From the NCBI GenBank assembly GCA_050692555.1, contig JBOGVS010000012.1, positions 5,993 to 69,992 of the forward strand: a stretch of DNA of 64,000 nucleotides. Reading direction: 5' to 3'. This DNA is from Actinomycetota bacterium. GTDB lineage: Bacteria > Actinomycetota > UBA4738 > CALAEC01. Shown here piece by piece: positions 46,969-57,962 of this stretch. The notes under the pieces are model-generated. The model was not told the origin of the DNA and searched no databases. It worked only from the letters and a program-made list of their open reading frames with translations. How positions within the stretch are numbered: position 1 is the stretch's first letter; the number at the start of each line of letters is the position of its first letter. A program made the position numbers and the translations under genes.

Positions 46969-48402
46969 TCAGGTGAGCGCCGGGACCCGTTCGGCTCCCG
47001 CGGCGAAGCGACGCCAGTACTCCCTGCCCTCCTCGGACAGGGTGGGAACGGGATCGTAGTACGGGTACCGCCGGCCGAGGGCCTCGGGATCGTCGAACTC
47101 GATCCCGGTGCGATAGTTCTTCGTCCAGTAGGAGATCCCGAGAACGCGGTCGTAGTCCTCGATCTGGTTCACCCACCGCTTCCCCACATAGGGGACGTCG
47201 CACACGATCCGCGGCGTGGCGAAGCCGGGAAGGTACCCCATGATAGCGTGCTGGAGTTCCTGTGCTTCCCACACCGCGGTCCGCCAGTGCTCCGAGTTCG
47301 GGATCATGTCGCACATGTAGAAGTAGTACGGCATCACCTTGGCGTGGTCGAGCAGCGTGAAGCACAGCTCCAGCAGCTCCTTGGGGGTGGTGTTGACGCC
47401 GCGGAGGAGCACCCCCTGGTTCCGGACGTCCCGAAGCCCGCACTCCAGAAGCTTGCGGGTCGCCGTAGCCACCAGCGGGGTGACTTGGTTGGCGTGATTG
47501 ACGTGGGTGTGCACGGCGATGTCCACGCCCCGTTGCCGCGCAACGGTGGCCATCCGCTCGCACGCGGCCAGGACGTCGTTCTGGAGGAAGTGCTGCGGCA
47601 GACCCATGAGGCCCTTGGTGGCCAGCCGGATGTCCCGGATGTTCTCGATCTCCAGGAGCTGCATGACGAAGTCCTCGAGGCGCCGGATCGGCACGTTGGC
47701 CATGTCCCCACCCGAGACCACCACGTCGCGGACCGACGGCGTGGCCCGCAGGTACTCGAGCATGCGGTCCCATCGTTCTTGCTGCCTCTCCTCGAACTTG
47801 TACTTGAGGATCTGCGGCGTGTCGTTGCCCACCAGGTCCATCCGGGTGCAGTGACCGCAGTACTGGGGACAGGTGGCGATCATCTCCGCGAGGACCTTCG
47901 TCGGGTAGCGGTGGGTGAGGCCTTCCACGGCCCACATGTCGGCCTCGTGGAGGCTGTCCCGCGCCGCCAGCGGATGGCTGGGGAACTCCGGGTCCCGGTC
48001 GGACAGCACGGGGAGCATGTACCGGCGCACCGGGTCACTCCACAGGTCCTGCTCGTCCATGGTGTTGAGCATCTGGGGCGGGACGAGCATGGACATCGTG
48101 GCCCGCTGTCGCTGGTCGCGCTCGAGGTCGGCCATGAACTCGTCGGTGGCGTACTCCCCTAGTGCGTCCTTCAACTGCCCGAGGTTCTTGACCGTGTGGG
48201 CTCGTTGCCACTGGGCGCTCTCCCACTGCTCCGGGGTGACCTCTCGGTAGCCAGACAGACGCCGCCACTCCGGTTCCCTGAACTCCCGGGGCAGGGGGTA
48301 TCGGAACGGCTGGTCGGCCGCGTGGGCCTGCAGCCTGCGGTGGCCCGGTCTCTGTGGGTCCATTGGCTCGCTCGCTGGAAGGATCGGCTCGTGAGAGCTC
48401 AT
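46969..48402 (-). CDS. kamA: Lysine 2,3-aminomutase family radical-SAM enzyme (KamA-like)
   Basis: CPQYCGHCTRMDLVG radical-SAM CxxxCxxC in KamA-family context. Trailing PLP-binding region. Start at M72 (alternative at M85, coordinate 48363). Confidence 0.75.
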   Translation of the reverse strand: MSSHEPILPASEPMDPQRPGHRRLQAHAADQPFRYPLPREFREPEWRRLSGYREVTPEQWESAQWQRAHTVKNLGQLKDALGEYATDEFMADLERDQRQRATMSMLVPPQMLNTMDEQDLWSDPVRRYMLPVLSDRDPEFPSHPLAARDSLHEADMWAVEGLTHRYPTKVLAEMIATCPQYCGHCTRMDLVGNDTPQILKYKFEERQQERWDRMLEYLRATPSVRDVVVSGGDMANVPIRRLEDFVMQLLEIENIRDIRLATKGLMGLPQHFLQNDVLAACERMATVARQRGVDIAVHTHVNHANQVTPLVATATRKLLECGLRDVRNQGVLLRGVNTTPKELLELCFTLLDHAKVMPYYFYMCDMIPNSEHWRTAVWEAQELQHAIMGYLPGFATPRIVCDVPYVGKRWVNQIEDYDRVLGISYWTKNYRTGIEFDDPEALGRRYPYYDPVPTLSEEGREYWRRFAAGAERVPALT

Positions 48403-48435
48403 TCTAGAGCCGAACGTCCGGGAAAATCCAACTCT

Positions 48436-48454
48436 GGCCGAATCTGGTTCGGCC
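48436..48454 (-). terminator. Stem-loop GGCCGAAccagaTTCGGCC downstream of the GNAT gene (weak intrinsic-terminator candidate)
   Basis: 7-bp perfect stem with a 5-nt loop, followed on the minus strand by a short tttt tract. Confidence 0.3.
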
Positions 48455-48466
48455 CACAGGTCGTGG

Positions 48467-49018
48467 CTAGGACAGGTGAGGCACGTCGGAGGCCAGGAGC
48501 CCGTAGAGGTGGCAGTCGTACCCGCCTGAGCCGTGGGGGCATCCGCTCCGGAGGGTCCCCTCGCGGTGGAAGCCGAGCTTCTCCGCCACCCGCTGGCTGG
48601 CCGCGTTTTCCACACCGGCCCTGAGCTCGAGGCGGTACAGCCCCAGCGTTCGGAACCCGAAGCCGACGATCGCTCGTCCCGCTTCCGTGGCGTACCCGCG
48701 TCCGGTCACGTCCGAGCGGACCCAATACCCCATCTCCCCGATCCGCTGGTCCGGCCTCGACCAGCGGATGCCGATCCCGCCGACGACCGATCCCTCCTGG
48801 AGGATGGCGAAGTCGTACTCCCGCCCGGCGGACCAGGCCTTCACGGCGCCTTGAACGAACGCCTCTGTCCGGTCACGAGACGTCTCCGGCGCCCAGGCCA
48901 TCCAGTCCCGCAGATCCGCCAGTGAGGCCTCCACGGCCTCCCACGTCCGCTCGGCATGCGTCGGCTCGATCGGCTCGAGGCGAAGCCAGTCCGTCTCGGT
49001 GGGCTCTCGGGGGATCAC
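48467..49018 (-). CDS. GNAT-family N-acetyltransferase
   Basis: Acetyl-CoA-binding motif A region (RGYATEAGRAIVGFGF). ~180 aa. 4-nt overlap with the upstream kdd-like gene. Confidence 0.8.
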   Translation of the reverse strand: MIPREPTETDWLRLEPIEPTHAERTWEAVEASLADLRDWMAWAPETSRDRTEAFVQGAVKAWSAGREYDFAILQEGSVVGGIGIRWSRPDQRIGEMGYWVRSDVTGRGYATEAGRAIVGFGFRTLGLYRLELRAGVENAASQRVAEKLGFHREGTLRSGCPHGSGGYDCHLYGLLASDVPHLS

Positions 49019-50037
49019 CAGGCGTACCGGCGCTCGAACACGGCTCGCAGGTCCGGGGTCTCTCGGATCATCTGGAGCGCCAGGTCCGCGTGACCGGGAA
49101 CGTATCCCGACCCGATCTGGAGGCCGACGTCCTTGCCCAGGCCCTCGGCGATCAGCGCCGCCGCGGTGAAGGAGGTAGCCATGGAGAAGAAGTACACGTC
49201 GCCTCCCTCCCGAGCCAGGAGGATCGAGGCCCCCTCCGTCCCCGGGACGTTGACGCAGTTGACCACGAGGTCGGCCACCCCGTCGTCATCTCCGCCCAAC
49301 ACCTCCGCGGCGGCCCGAAGACATCCGACCGGGTCCTGCGCGTCGGCCGCCAGCACTTCCTTGAAGCCCAGTCCCCGGAGGATCGCGATGTCCCGCTCGT
49401 GGTGCACCACCCCGGCCACCCGCTCCGAGAGGCCCCGGGCCGCGACCATGGCCAGGATCCCCGACTTCCCGCCCGCGCCCACGACCAACGTGCGTCTTCG
49501 GCCCGGCGCCAACCGACGCACCTGCGCCGGGGCTCCGGCCACGTCCAGAACGGCCAGGCACAGGTTCGCCGGGAGGTCATCCGGAAGCCGGGCGTACGGC
49601 GCCGACTCGAACAGGATCGCCCGCCCCGCGACGGGAACCTGCTCGGAGCTCCCGTCCCACTCGGAGAGGTCGTCGATGATCAACGGCGTCAGCGTCAGTG
49701 AAACCAGCGTGGCGATCCGGTCGCCGGGGCGGACATCGGCCCGCCGCTCCCCCACCTCCGCCACGGTGCCCACCAGCATCCCACCGGATCCGGTGACCGG
49801 GTTGTGCATCTTCCCTCGCGCCCGCACGATGTCGAGGACCCGCCCCCGCATCCGTTCCGGGTCGCCGCCCCGCTCTTGGCGGATCTGGTGGAAGGACGCC
49901 GCGTCGAGGTTCAGCCGGCTCACCTCGATCAACGCCTCCCCTCCTCGAGGCGGCGGGGAGGGGTCCAGTCGTTCGGCCTGCTGGGGAAGGGCACCGGGCG
50001 GCTCGATCACCCGGTGGAGGCCGTAGGGCGAAGTCAT
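49015..50037 (-). CDS. kdd: L-erythro-3,5-diaminohexanoate dehydrogenase-like (Kdd family) NAD(P) oxidoreductase
   Basis: ~340 aa with Rossmann motif GAGGKSGILAM. Size and context (kamA operon) match Kdd. Family assignment is by resemblance, not a database search. Confidence 0.55.
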   Translation of the reverse strand: MTSPYGLHRVIEPPGALPQQAERLDPSPPPRGGEALIEVSRLNLDAASFHQIRQERGGDPERMRGRVLDIVRARGKMHNPVTGSGGMLVGTVAEVGERRADVRPGDRIATLVSLTLTPLIIDDLSEWDGSSEQVPVAGRAILFESAPYARLPDDLPANLCLAVLDVAGAPAQVRRLAPGRRRTLVVGAGGKSGILAMVAARGLSERVAGVVHHERDIAILRGLGFKEVLAADAQDPVGCLRAAAEVLGGDDDGVADLVVNCVNVPGTEGASILLAREGGDVYFFSMATSFTAAALIAEGLGKDVGLQIGSGYVPGHADLALQMIRETPDLRAVFERRYAW

Positions 50038-50060
50038 ATGGCTCTATTATTCGGCCCACC

Positions 50061-50501
50061 GTGGACGACAAGGACCTCCGGATCCTGACCATCCTCCAGG
50101 AGGACGCCCGGGCCACGTACGCGCAGATCGCCTCCCAGGTCGGGCTCTCCGCGTCGTCGGTGCACGACCGCGTCCGGAAGCTGGAGCGGCGCGGGGTGAT
50201 CCTCGGGTACCGGGCCTCCCTCGATCCGCACGCGGTGGGTCTGGGAGTCACCGCCCTGGTCTCGGTGGTGCCCCTCGATCCTTCGCAGCCCGACGATCTC
50301 CCCGACCGCGTGGTGGAGTTCCCGGAGGTGGAGGACTGCTTCTCCGTGGCCGGCGTGGAGAGCTACGTCCTCAAGGTACGGACCCGGACCACCGGCGACC
50401 TCGAGGACCTGCTCCGGCGCCTTCGGGAGAAGGCCGGGGTCCAGACCAGGACAACGGTGGTGCTGTCGATCCCCTTCGAGGGACGCCCCCTCAAGCCTTG
50501 A
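50061..50501 (+). CDS. Lrp/AsnC family transcriptional regulator
   Basis: N-terminal HTH (YAQIASQVGLSASSVHDRVRKLE) plus RAM domain. Divergent from the kamA-GNAT-kdd operon. Confidence 0.85.
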   Translation: MDDKDLRILTILQEDARATYAQIASQVGLSASSVHDRVRKLERRGVILGYRASLDPHAVGLGVTALVSVVPLDPSQPDDLPDRVVEFPEVEDCFSVAGVESYVLKVRTRTTGDLEDLLRRLREKAGVQTRTTVVLSIPFEGRPLKP

Positions 50502-50520
50502 TCCGCTGAGCACGGCGGCA

Positions 50521-52431
<1,911 letters not shown>

Positions 52432-52452
52432 GTCCTAGACCGTCCTCTCCCC

Positions 52453-53598
52453 TCAGTCCTGACCGGCCAGGTCCCGGCCGATGATCACCCGCTGGATCTG
52501 GTTCGTCCCTTCCACGATCTGCAGCGCCTTGGCCTCACGCATGTATCGCTCCACCGGATACTCGGCCATGTACCCGTAGCCGCCGTGGGCCTGCACCGCG
52601 TCGGTGGTCACCCGCATGGCCACATCCGAGGCGAACAGCTTGGCCATCGAGCACGACACGCTGCTGCCCGCTCCCCGGTCCCTGGCCCGGGCCGCCTCTC
52701 GGTACAGTCGGCGAGCCGCCTCAACCTGAGTCGCCGCATCCGCCAGGAGGAACTGGAGTCCCTGGTTCTCGATGACCGGCCGGGCGAACTGCTCTCGCTC
52801 CCGTGAGAACGCCACCGCGGCGTCGAGGGCGGCCTGGGCCAGACCCACAGAACACGCCGCGATCCCCAGCCGGCCCCCGTCAAGGGCGGCCAGGCCTACC
52901 GTGAACCCCTGCCCTTCCTCCCCCACCAGGTTCTCCGCGGGGACCCGACAGTCCTCGAACAGCAGCTCCCGCATCGGGGAGGCGTGCCACCCCATCTTCT
53001 CCTCAAGCCTCCCGAACCCGAAGCCGTCCCAGCCCTTCTCCACAGCGAAGGCCGAGATACCCGAGGGTGACTGGTCGCCGGTGCGAGCCATCACCAGATA
53101 GAGCTCCGCTTCTCCTCCGTGGCTGATGAATCGCTTGGAGCCCGTGAGCACGTACGAATCGCCTCCGCGCTCGGCCCGGGTGCGCAGCGCGGCGGCGTCC
53201 GAGCCACTGGAGGCCTCCGACAGCGCGTAGGCCCCCAGCCACTCCCCGGAGAACAGCCGGGGCAGGTACTTCTCCTTGAGCTCGTCCGAGCCGAACTCGT
53301 GGATCCCGAACGCCGACAGATGGTGGACGGACATCCCCACGGCCAGGGAAAGCGAGCCGGTGGCCACCTCCTCCAGGACGGCGAGGTAGGTGAGGTACGG
53401 CTGGCCCCCTCCCCCGTACTTCTCCGAGTACGGGATCCCGGCCAGGTCCATGTCGGCCAGGCCGCGGAACTGGTCCCGGGGGAACTGCTTGCGCTCTTCG
53501 AACCCGGCGGCCTGGGGGGCAACCCGGTCGGCGACGAACGTTCGCACGGCGCCCACGATCTCGCGCTGCTCGCCGGTGAGCCCGAAGTCCCTGTCCAC
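52453..53598 (-). CDS. Acyl-CoA dehydrogenase
   Basis: ACAD N-terminal, middle and C-terminal domain pattern. ~380 aa. Confidence 0.85.
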   Translation of the reverse strand: MDRDFGLTGEQREIVGAVRTFVADRVAPQAAGFEERKQFPRDQFRGLADMDLAGIPYSEKYGGGGQPYLTYLAVLEEVATGSLSLAVGMSVHHLSAFGIHEFGSDELKEKYLPRLFSGEWLGAYALSEASSGSDAAALRTRAERGGDSYVLTGSKRFISHGGEAELYLVMARTGDQSPSGISAFAVEKGWDGFGFGRLEEKMGWHASPMRELLFEDCRVPAENLVGEEGQGFTVGLAALDGGRLGIAACSVGLAQAALDAAVAFSREREQFARPVIENQGLQFLLADAATQVEAARRLYREAARARDRGAGSSVSCSMAKLFASDVAMRVTTDAVQAHGGYGYMAEYPVERYMREAKALQIVEGTNQIQRVIIGRDLAGQD

Positions 53599-53629
53599 GA
53601 TCCGTAGGGTACCGAACCCGGTCTATCCT

Positions 53630-55030
53630 GTGGCCGTGCGCCTGTACAACTCCCTGAGCCGGAAGGTCGAACAGGTCGTCCCGGTCGAGGACGAGCTGGT
53701 GGAGATCTACTCGTGCGGGCCGACCGTGTACCGCTACATTCACGTGGGGAACATGCGCTCGTTCATGCTGGGAGACCTCATCCGGCGCGGCCTCAGACTC
53801 GAGGGCCTCGACGTCCGATGGGTGATGAACATCACGGACGTCGGACACATGACCGACGAGGTGACCGATACCGGTCAGGACAAGATGGAGCTGGCCGAGG
53901 CCGACGAGGGTCTATCGGCCAGGGAGATCGCCGAGAAGTACACCCAGGCATTTCTGGAGGATTCCGACCTCATGGGGATCGAGCGGGCCGACCTGTACCC
54001 CCGGGCCTCCGATCACATCCCCGAGATGATCGCCATCATCGAGCGGCTCATCGAAAAAGGCCACGCCTACGAGGTCGATGGCACCGTGTACTTCGACGTC
54101 ACCACGTTCGCGGACTACGGCAAGCTGTCGGGGAACACCCTCGACGCCCTGCGTGCCGGCCACCGGCAGGAGGTGGAGGTCGACCCGAACAAGCGGCATC
54201 CCGCCGACTTCGCGCTGTGGAAGAAGCCCGGGCCGAACCGGACCATGAAGTGGCCCAGCCCCTGGGGGGAGGGATTCCCCGGCTGGCACATCGAGTGCTC
54301 GGCGATGTCCATGAAGCACCTCGGCGAGCGGTTCGACATCCACACCGGGGGCAACGACAACAAGTTCCCCCACCACGAGGACGAGATCGCGCAGTCGGAG
54401 GCCGCCGTGGGGCATCCGGTCGTCTCCATCTGGGTCCATGGCGGATTCCTCCAGATGGCCGGCCAGAAGATGGCGAAGTCGGCTCGGAACATCCACCGGG
54501 TCACGGACCTCCGGGATCAGCGCATCGACCCCCTGGCCTTCCGGCTCCTGTGCTTCGGGACCCGCTACCGGAGCGAGATGGATTTCTCGTGGGACGCCCT
54601 GGAAGGGGCCAACCGAAGGCTCACCCAGGTCCGCCAGCGGATGGCTGCGTGGGCCACCGCCGAGCGCGACGGGACCGCCCCGGAGGCCAAGGACCTCGAC
54701 CGCCGCTTCCGGGAGGCCGTGGCGGACGACCTCGACATGCCCCGGGCGGTCACCGTCCTCAACGAGACCGTGTCGGCGCCGTTGCCGGACGCAGACAAGT
54801 ACGCACTCCTGGCGTCCTGGGACGCGGTGCTGGGGCTGGACCTCGAGCGCCTGGCTCGGGAGGGGTTCGAGATCCCCGCCGAGGTTCAGGCCCTGGTGGA
54901 GGAACGGGACCGGGGCCGGCGGGAGAAGGACTTCGTGCGGTCGGACGAGATCCGGAAGCAGCTCATGGCCGTGGGCTGGGAGGTCATGGACACCCCGGAG
55001 GGCACCAAGGTCCGCCCCCTGCTCTCCTAA
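53630..55030 (+). CDS. cysS: Cysteinyl-tRNA synthetase
   Basis: Class-I motifs HVGN (HIGH-like) and KMAKS. Zinc-binding Cys/His ligands (CGPT, HIEC, HHEDE). Full-length C-terminal anticodon-binding domain argues for CysS rather than MshC. GTG start at residue 81. Confidence 0.8.
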   Translation: MAVRLYNSLSRKVEQVVPVEDELVEIYSCGPTVYRYIHVGNMRSFMLGDLIRRGLRLEGLDVRWVMNITDVGHMTDEVTDTGQDKMELAEADEGLSAREIAEKYTQAFLEDSDLMGIERADLYPRASDHIPEMIAIIERLIEKGHAYEVDGTVYFDVTTFADYGKLSGNTLDALRAGHRQEVEVDPNKRHPADFALWKKPGPNRTMKWPSPWGEGFPGWHIECSAMSMKHLGERFDIHTGGNDNKFPHHEDEIAQSEAAVGHPVVSIWVHGGFLQMAGQKMAKSARNIHRVTDLRDQRIDPLAFRLLCFGTRYRSEMDFSWDALEGANRRLTQVRQRMAAWATAERDGTAPEAKDLDRRFREAVADDLDMPRAVTVLNETVSAPLPDADKYALLASWDAVLGLDLERLAREGFEIPAEVQALVEERDRGRREKDFVRSDEIRKQLMAVGWEVMDTPEGTKVRPLLS

Positions 55031-55033
55031 CGG

Positions 55034-55993
55034 TCAGGTGATGGCCGCCTCGAGCGTGGCCTCGACCCCCAGGGATCCCGGGTGTCGGCCCAGCGGGCCG
55101 ATCGAGGGCAGGGTGACCCCGGCGGCCCGGTACTCCTCGATCTTGGCCCTCACCGAGGCCGGGTCACCGATCCCCGCGTAGTCGTCCACGAAAGCGTCCG
55201 ACACCCCTCCTCCTCCATCGACCATCCCGAGGTCCTCCTGGTGGCCCCCGGCAGCGATGGCCTTCCGGTAGAACGGCAGCTGGGTGTACGGGAACGCCCG
55301 GGACCGGAATACGTCTCTGGCCGCCTCGGCGTTCTCGGTGAGCCCCACCGGGACCGCGGCCACTACCTCGAACGTGTTTGGGTCCCGGCCGTGTTCTGCC
55401 AGGGCCTCGAGCAGCACCGGCCGAACGGTCTCGCGGATGTACGCCGGATTGCACATCCACAGGATCACGCCGTCGGCGACCTCCGCGGCGAGTCGGAGCA
55501 TGTTGGGCCCCAGCGCCGCCAACAGGATGGGGATGCCCTGGCGGGGCGAGCCGTATCCCATGAACCCAAACCGGGCGGTGTAGTGGTTTCCCTCGAGCTC
55601 GGTTCGGCCACGCTCGAGGATGTCGCGGACGATCGTGGCGTACTCGCGCATCCTGCCGACTGGGTCGTCGATCGTCTGTCCGTACCACCCCTCTACCGTC
55701 ACCTTGTGGCTGACCCCGATCCCCAGGCGGAGACGGCCTCTGGACACCTCGTCGAGCGTGGCCGCCTCCATGGCCATCAGCGCGGGATGCCGGAGGACGA
55801 TGGGGACCACTCCGGTGCCCAGCCCGATCCGCTCTGTGTGGTGAGCGTAGTGGCCGAGGAGCTGGAGGGGCTCCCGGGCGGCGATGTGGGTCACCCACAC
55901 GCTGTCGTACCCAAGGGACTCGGCCAGCCGGACCCGCTCCACACCCTGGTCGAGCGACCGGCCCGGTTCGAGCGAGCACGCCAGGTGGCTCAC
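55034..55993 (-). CDS. Luciferase-like monooxygenase (LLM) family, probable F420-dependent oxidoreductase
   Basis: TIM-barrel LLM motifs (GYDSVWVTH, RLRLGIGVSH). ~320 aa. Confidence 0.75.
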   Translation of the reverse strand: MSHLACSLEPGRSLDQGVERVRLAESLGYDSVWVTHIAAREPLQLLGHYAHHTERIGLGTGVVPIVLRHPALMAMEAATLDEVSRGRLRLGIGVSHKVTVEGWYGQTIDDPVGRMREYATIVRDILERGRTELEGNHYTARFGFMGYGSPRQGIPILLAALGPNMLRLAAEVADGVILWMCNPAYIRETVRPVLLEALAEHGRDPNTFEVVAAVPVGLTENAEAARDVFRSRAFPYTQLPFYRKAIAAGGHQEDLGMVDGGGGVSDAFVDDYAGIGDPASVRAKIEEYRAAGVTLPSIGPLGRHPGSLGVEATLEAAIT

Positions 55994-56307
55994 CGGCGCA
56001 TCCTACTCCGCGAGCGATGGAGCAGTCCCTGTGACGAGTATCGGCGCGCGCCACCTCGCTTCCCCACTGGAATCCTGAACTTCGCGGTAGTAACCCTCGC
56101 TGCCGTGTCGGGGCTCTTCTAGCTCCTGTACCAGGAGCGGTCCGGGCCGATTCTCCGCGAGTTCGCCCGGCACGTCGACGAGGGGGACTCCCGAGCAGCT
56201 AAGACCTTCTCGCCCCCTCGTTCACACAGCTCCTTGGTCCGGTCGCCGTGGGCACCCGACGGCTCGCCGAGCTGGACGGGCAGTTCCAGGCGGGTTTCGA
56301 GCTGTCG

Positions 56308-56313
56308 TATAAT
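56308..56313 (+). promoter_or_regulatory. Perfect TATAAT -10-like hexamer upstream of the islet membrane-protein ORF
   Basis: Read directly in the sequence, ~45 nt upstream of the GTG at 56357. No strong -35 noted. Confidence 0.25.
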
Positions 56314-56356
56314 CCGTGTAACTGGAACCGCAACAATCTGGCGTAGTGGTGAGAGA

Positions 56357-56785
56357 GTGACGCCCCTGCCCAATGGCATCTCGCGATTCTCGAGAATACT
56401 GGCCTTACTTGGACTTGTAGGGTCGACCGGGGTGGGCATATGGTTGGCGACCTTCTCCTGCTTCTATCGGGGATTTACCCCCGCGCCCGCTGGTTCGGGC
56501 CGTTTGGTGGGCGATCCAGTCTGCGGAGGATCTTTCCTTGACCATAACGGCATAGTAGGCGGGGTTCTTTTGGCTCTGCCCCTGGTCTTGTCGGTCAGTC
56601 AGGTCCTCGCTCTCCGCTACCTTGGGCATGGATGGCTCGTCTGGGGGCCTGCGGTTCTCTTCATCCTCTACTTATTGGCAACCATTACTTCAATGGGAAT
56701 CCTGTACCTGCCTGCATCGGCGGCCCACATCGTCTCTGCGATCGTCGCAAGGAGAACGACCCACGTGACAGCCCGAGGCAGTTAG
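56357..56785 (+). CDS. Hypothetical small membrane protein encoded in a ~55% GC islet
   Basis: Four hydrophobic helices. Local GC ~55% against a ~70% background. GTG start (alternative TTG at 56234). Confidence 0.4.
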   Translation: MTPLPNGISRFSRILALLGLVGSTGVGIWLATFSCFYRGFTPAPAGSGRLVGDPVCGGSFLDHNGIVGGVLLALPLVLSVSQVLALRYLGHGWLVWGPAVLFILYLLATITSMGILYLPASAAHIVSAIVARRTTHVTARGS

Positions 56786-56807
56786 GGTCCGCCACAAGCA
56801 TTCAGGC

Positions 56808-56995
56808 CTTCGGGAGCCCTAGCATCTTGGCCATGTTGGAGCGGAGGATCTCCGAGGTCCCCTCGTAGAGACGCATCGCCCCGGATATCCCGGTACCAGA
56901 CGTTCAAGCCTAGCTCGGTCATCAATCCCTGCCTTCCATGGACCTGGATGCACCGGCCCGGTTCGAGCGACCACGCCAGGTGGCTCACGGCGCAT
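56808..56995 (-). pseudogene. Mosaic gene-fragment scar: ~140 bp paralogous to the 3' end of the acyl-CoA dehydrogenase gene (59337..59477) joined through an ACCGG microhomology to ~45 bp paralogous to the 5' end/upstream of the LLM gene (55959..56003)
   Basis: Direct alignment by eye. 57 of the first 59 nt are identical to 59340..59396, including the stop codon. The junction then continues with the MSHLA..LEPGR start of the LLM gene. The 56782..56988 ORF is its frameshifted read-through. Confidence 0.7.
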
Positions 56996-57000
56996 CGTAG

Positions 57001-57414
57001 CTACCTGGCTTGGGCCACGCGAAAGTTGTTTCCCGACGGGTCCCGGAACCCGGCATCGATGCCGTAGGGCTGCTCCGTCGGCTCCTGAACGAACTCGACG
57101 CCGCGGCTCTTGAGCTCCTCGTAGGTGGTCCAGATGTCGTCGGTGGTGAAGAACAGGCCGCCGGCGGCACCTCTGGCCACCAGCTCCTGGATCTGTTCCC
57201 GCGTGGCTTCGTCGAATACTGGTGGGCCCGGCACGGCCAGGAGGGTGATCGCCACGTCCGGCTGGCCGGGCACGCCTACGGTGAGCCACCGGAAGTTCAT
57301 CTCGGGCACGGTGACGTCCTCGCGAAGCTCCAACCCCAGCTTCTCGGTGTAGAACGCAAGGGCCTCGTCCTGGTCGTGCACCCAGACCTGCGTGTGCGTC
57401 AGTTGCTTCAGCAT
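57001..57414 (-). CDS. VOC/glyoxalase-family protein
   Basis: 137-aa glyoxalase-fold pattern. 7-nt overlap with the upstream AraC-type gene. Confidence 0.7.
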   Translation of the reverse strand: MLKQLTHTQVWVHDQDEALAFYTEKLGLELREDVTVPEMNFRWLTVGVPGQPDVAITLLAVPGPPVFDEATREQIQELVARGAAGGLFFTTDDIWTTYEELKSRGVEFVQEPTEQPYGIDAGFRDPSGNNFRVAQAR

Positions 57415-57839
57415 GCGGATCCTCCGGTTCGGGAGCCGTCGGCTGGACTGGGCCGCGCGTACGCCTGGAGCACGCAGGTCGGCACGCGTACGTTGGCGAG
57501 CGCGGGTGGGTGTGCGGCGCGGTAGGCGGTCGGAGACAGTCCGAACGTCCGGCCGAAGCTCGTGGTGAACGACCCGACGCTGCGGAGCCCGACGGCGGCG
57601 CAGATGTCCAGCACCGTGCGGTCCGTGTTGCGCAGGAGCGCAGCGGCGCGCTCCAGCCGACGGGTCAGGAGGTACTGGTGCGGCGGCACGCCGAACGCCC
57701 GGCGGAATTCCCGGCTGAAGTGCGCGGCTGAAAGACGTGCAGCGTCGGCAAGCCTTGACACGTCGAGCGCCTCGCAGTAGCGAGCGTCGATGAGGTCCTT
57801 GGCACGAACGAGATGCCGGAGCGGATGGACGGCCGTCAT
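57408..57839 (-). CDS. AraC-family (HTH_18) transcriptional regulator, short
   Basis: Double HTH region (RLADAARLSAAHFSREFRRAFGVPPHQYL...). ~143 aa. Confidence 0.7.
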   Translation of the reverse strand: MTAVHPLRHLVRAKDLIDARYCEALDVSRLADAARLSAAHFSREFRRAFGVPPHQYLLTRRLERAAALLRNTDRTVLDICAAVGLRSVGSFTTSFGRTFGLSPTAYRAAHPPALANVRVPTCVLQAYARPSPADGSRTGGSAC

Positions 57840-57962
57840 CGCACTTACGTATCACGAGCAGGCGAGTCTGCGCTCGGACCCGCCGGGAAAATAGCACGTT
57901 TCGAGAGGACAATCGCCACACTCCCGGGTAGCGTCGTCGTGCCCGGAACGAAGGGAGATGCC

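Noticed and set aside
53630-55030. Possibility that the CysS-like gene is the mycothiol ligase MshC
   Set aside because: The protein has the full C-terminal anticodon-binding region typical of bona fide CysS (~466 aa). MshC is shorter and lacks it.
56782-56988. 68-aa ORF MSHLAWSLEPGR…
   Set aside because: It is the read-through translation of the mosaic duplicate scar (LLM start fused to a frameshifted ACAD C-terminus), not an independent gene.
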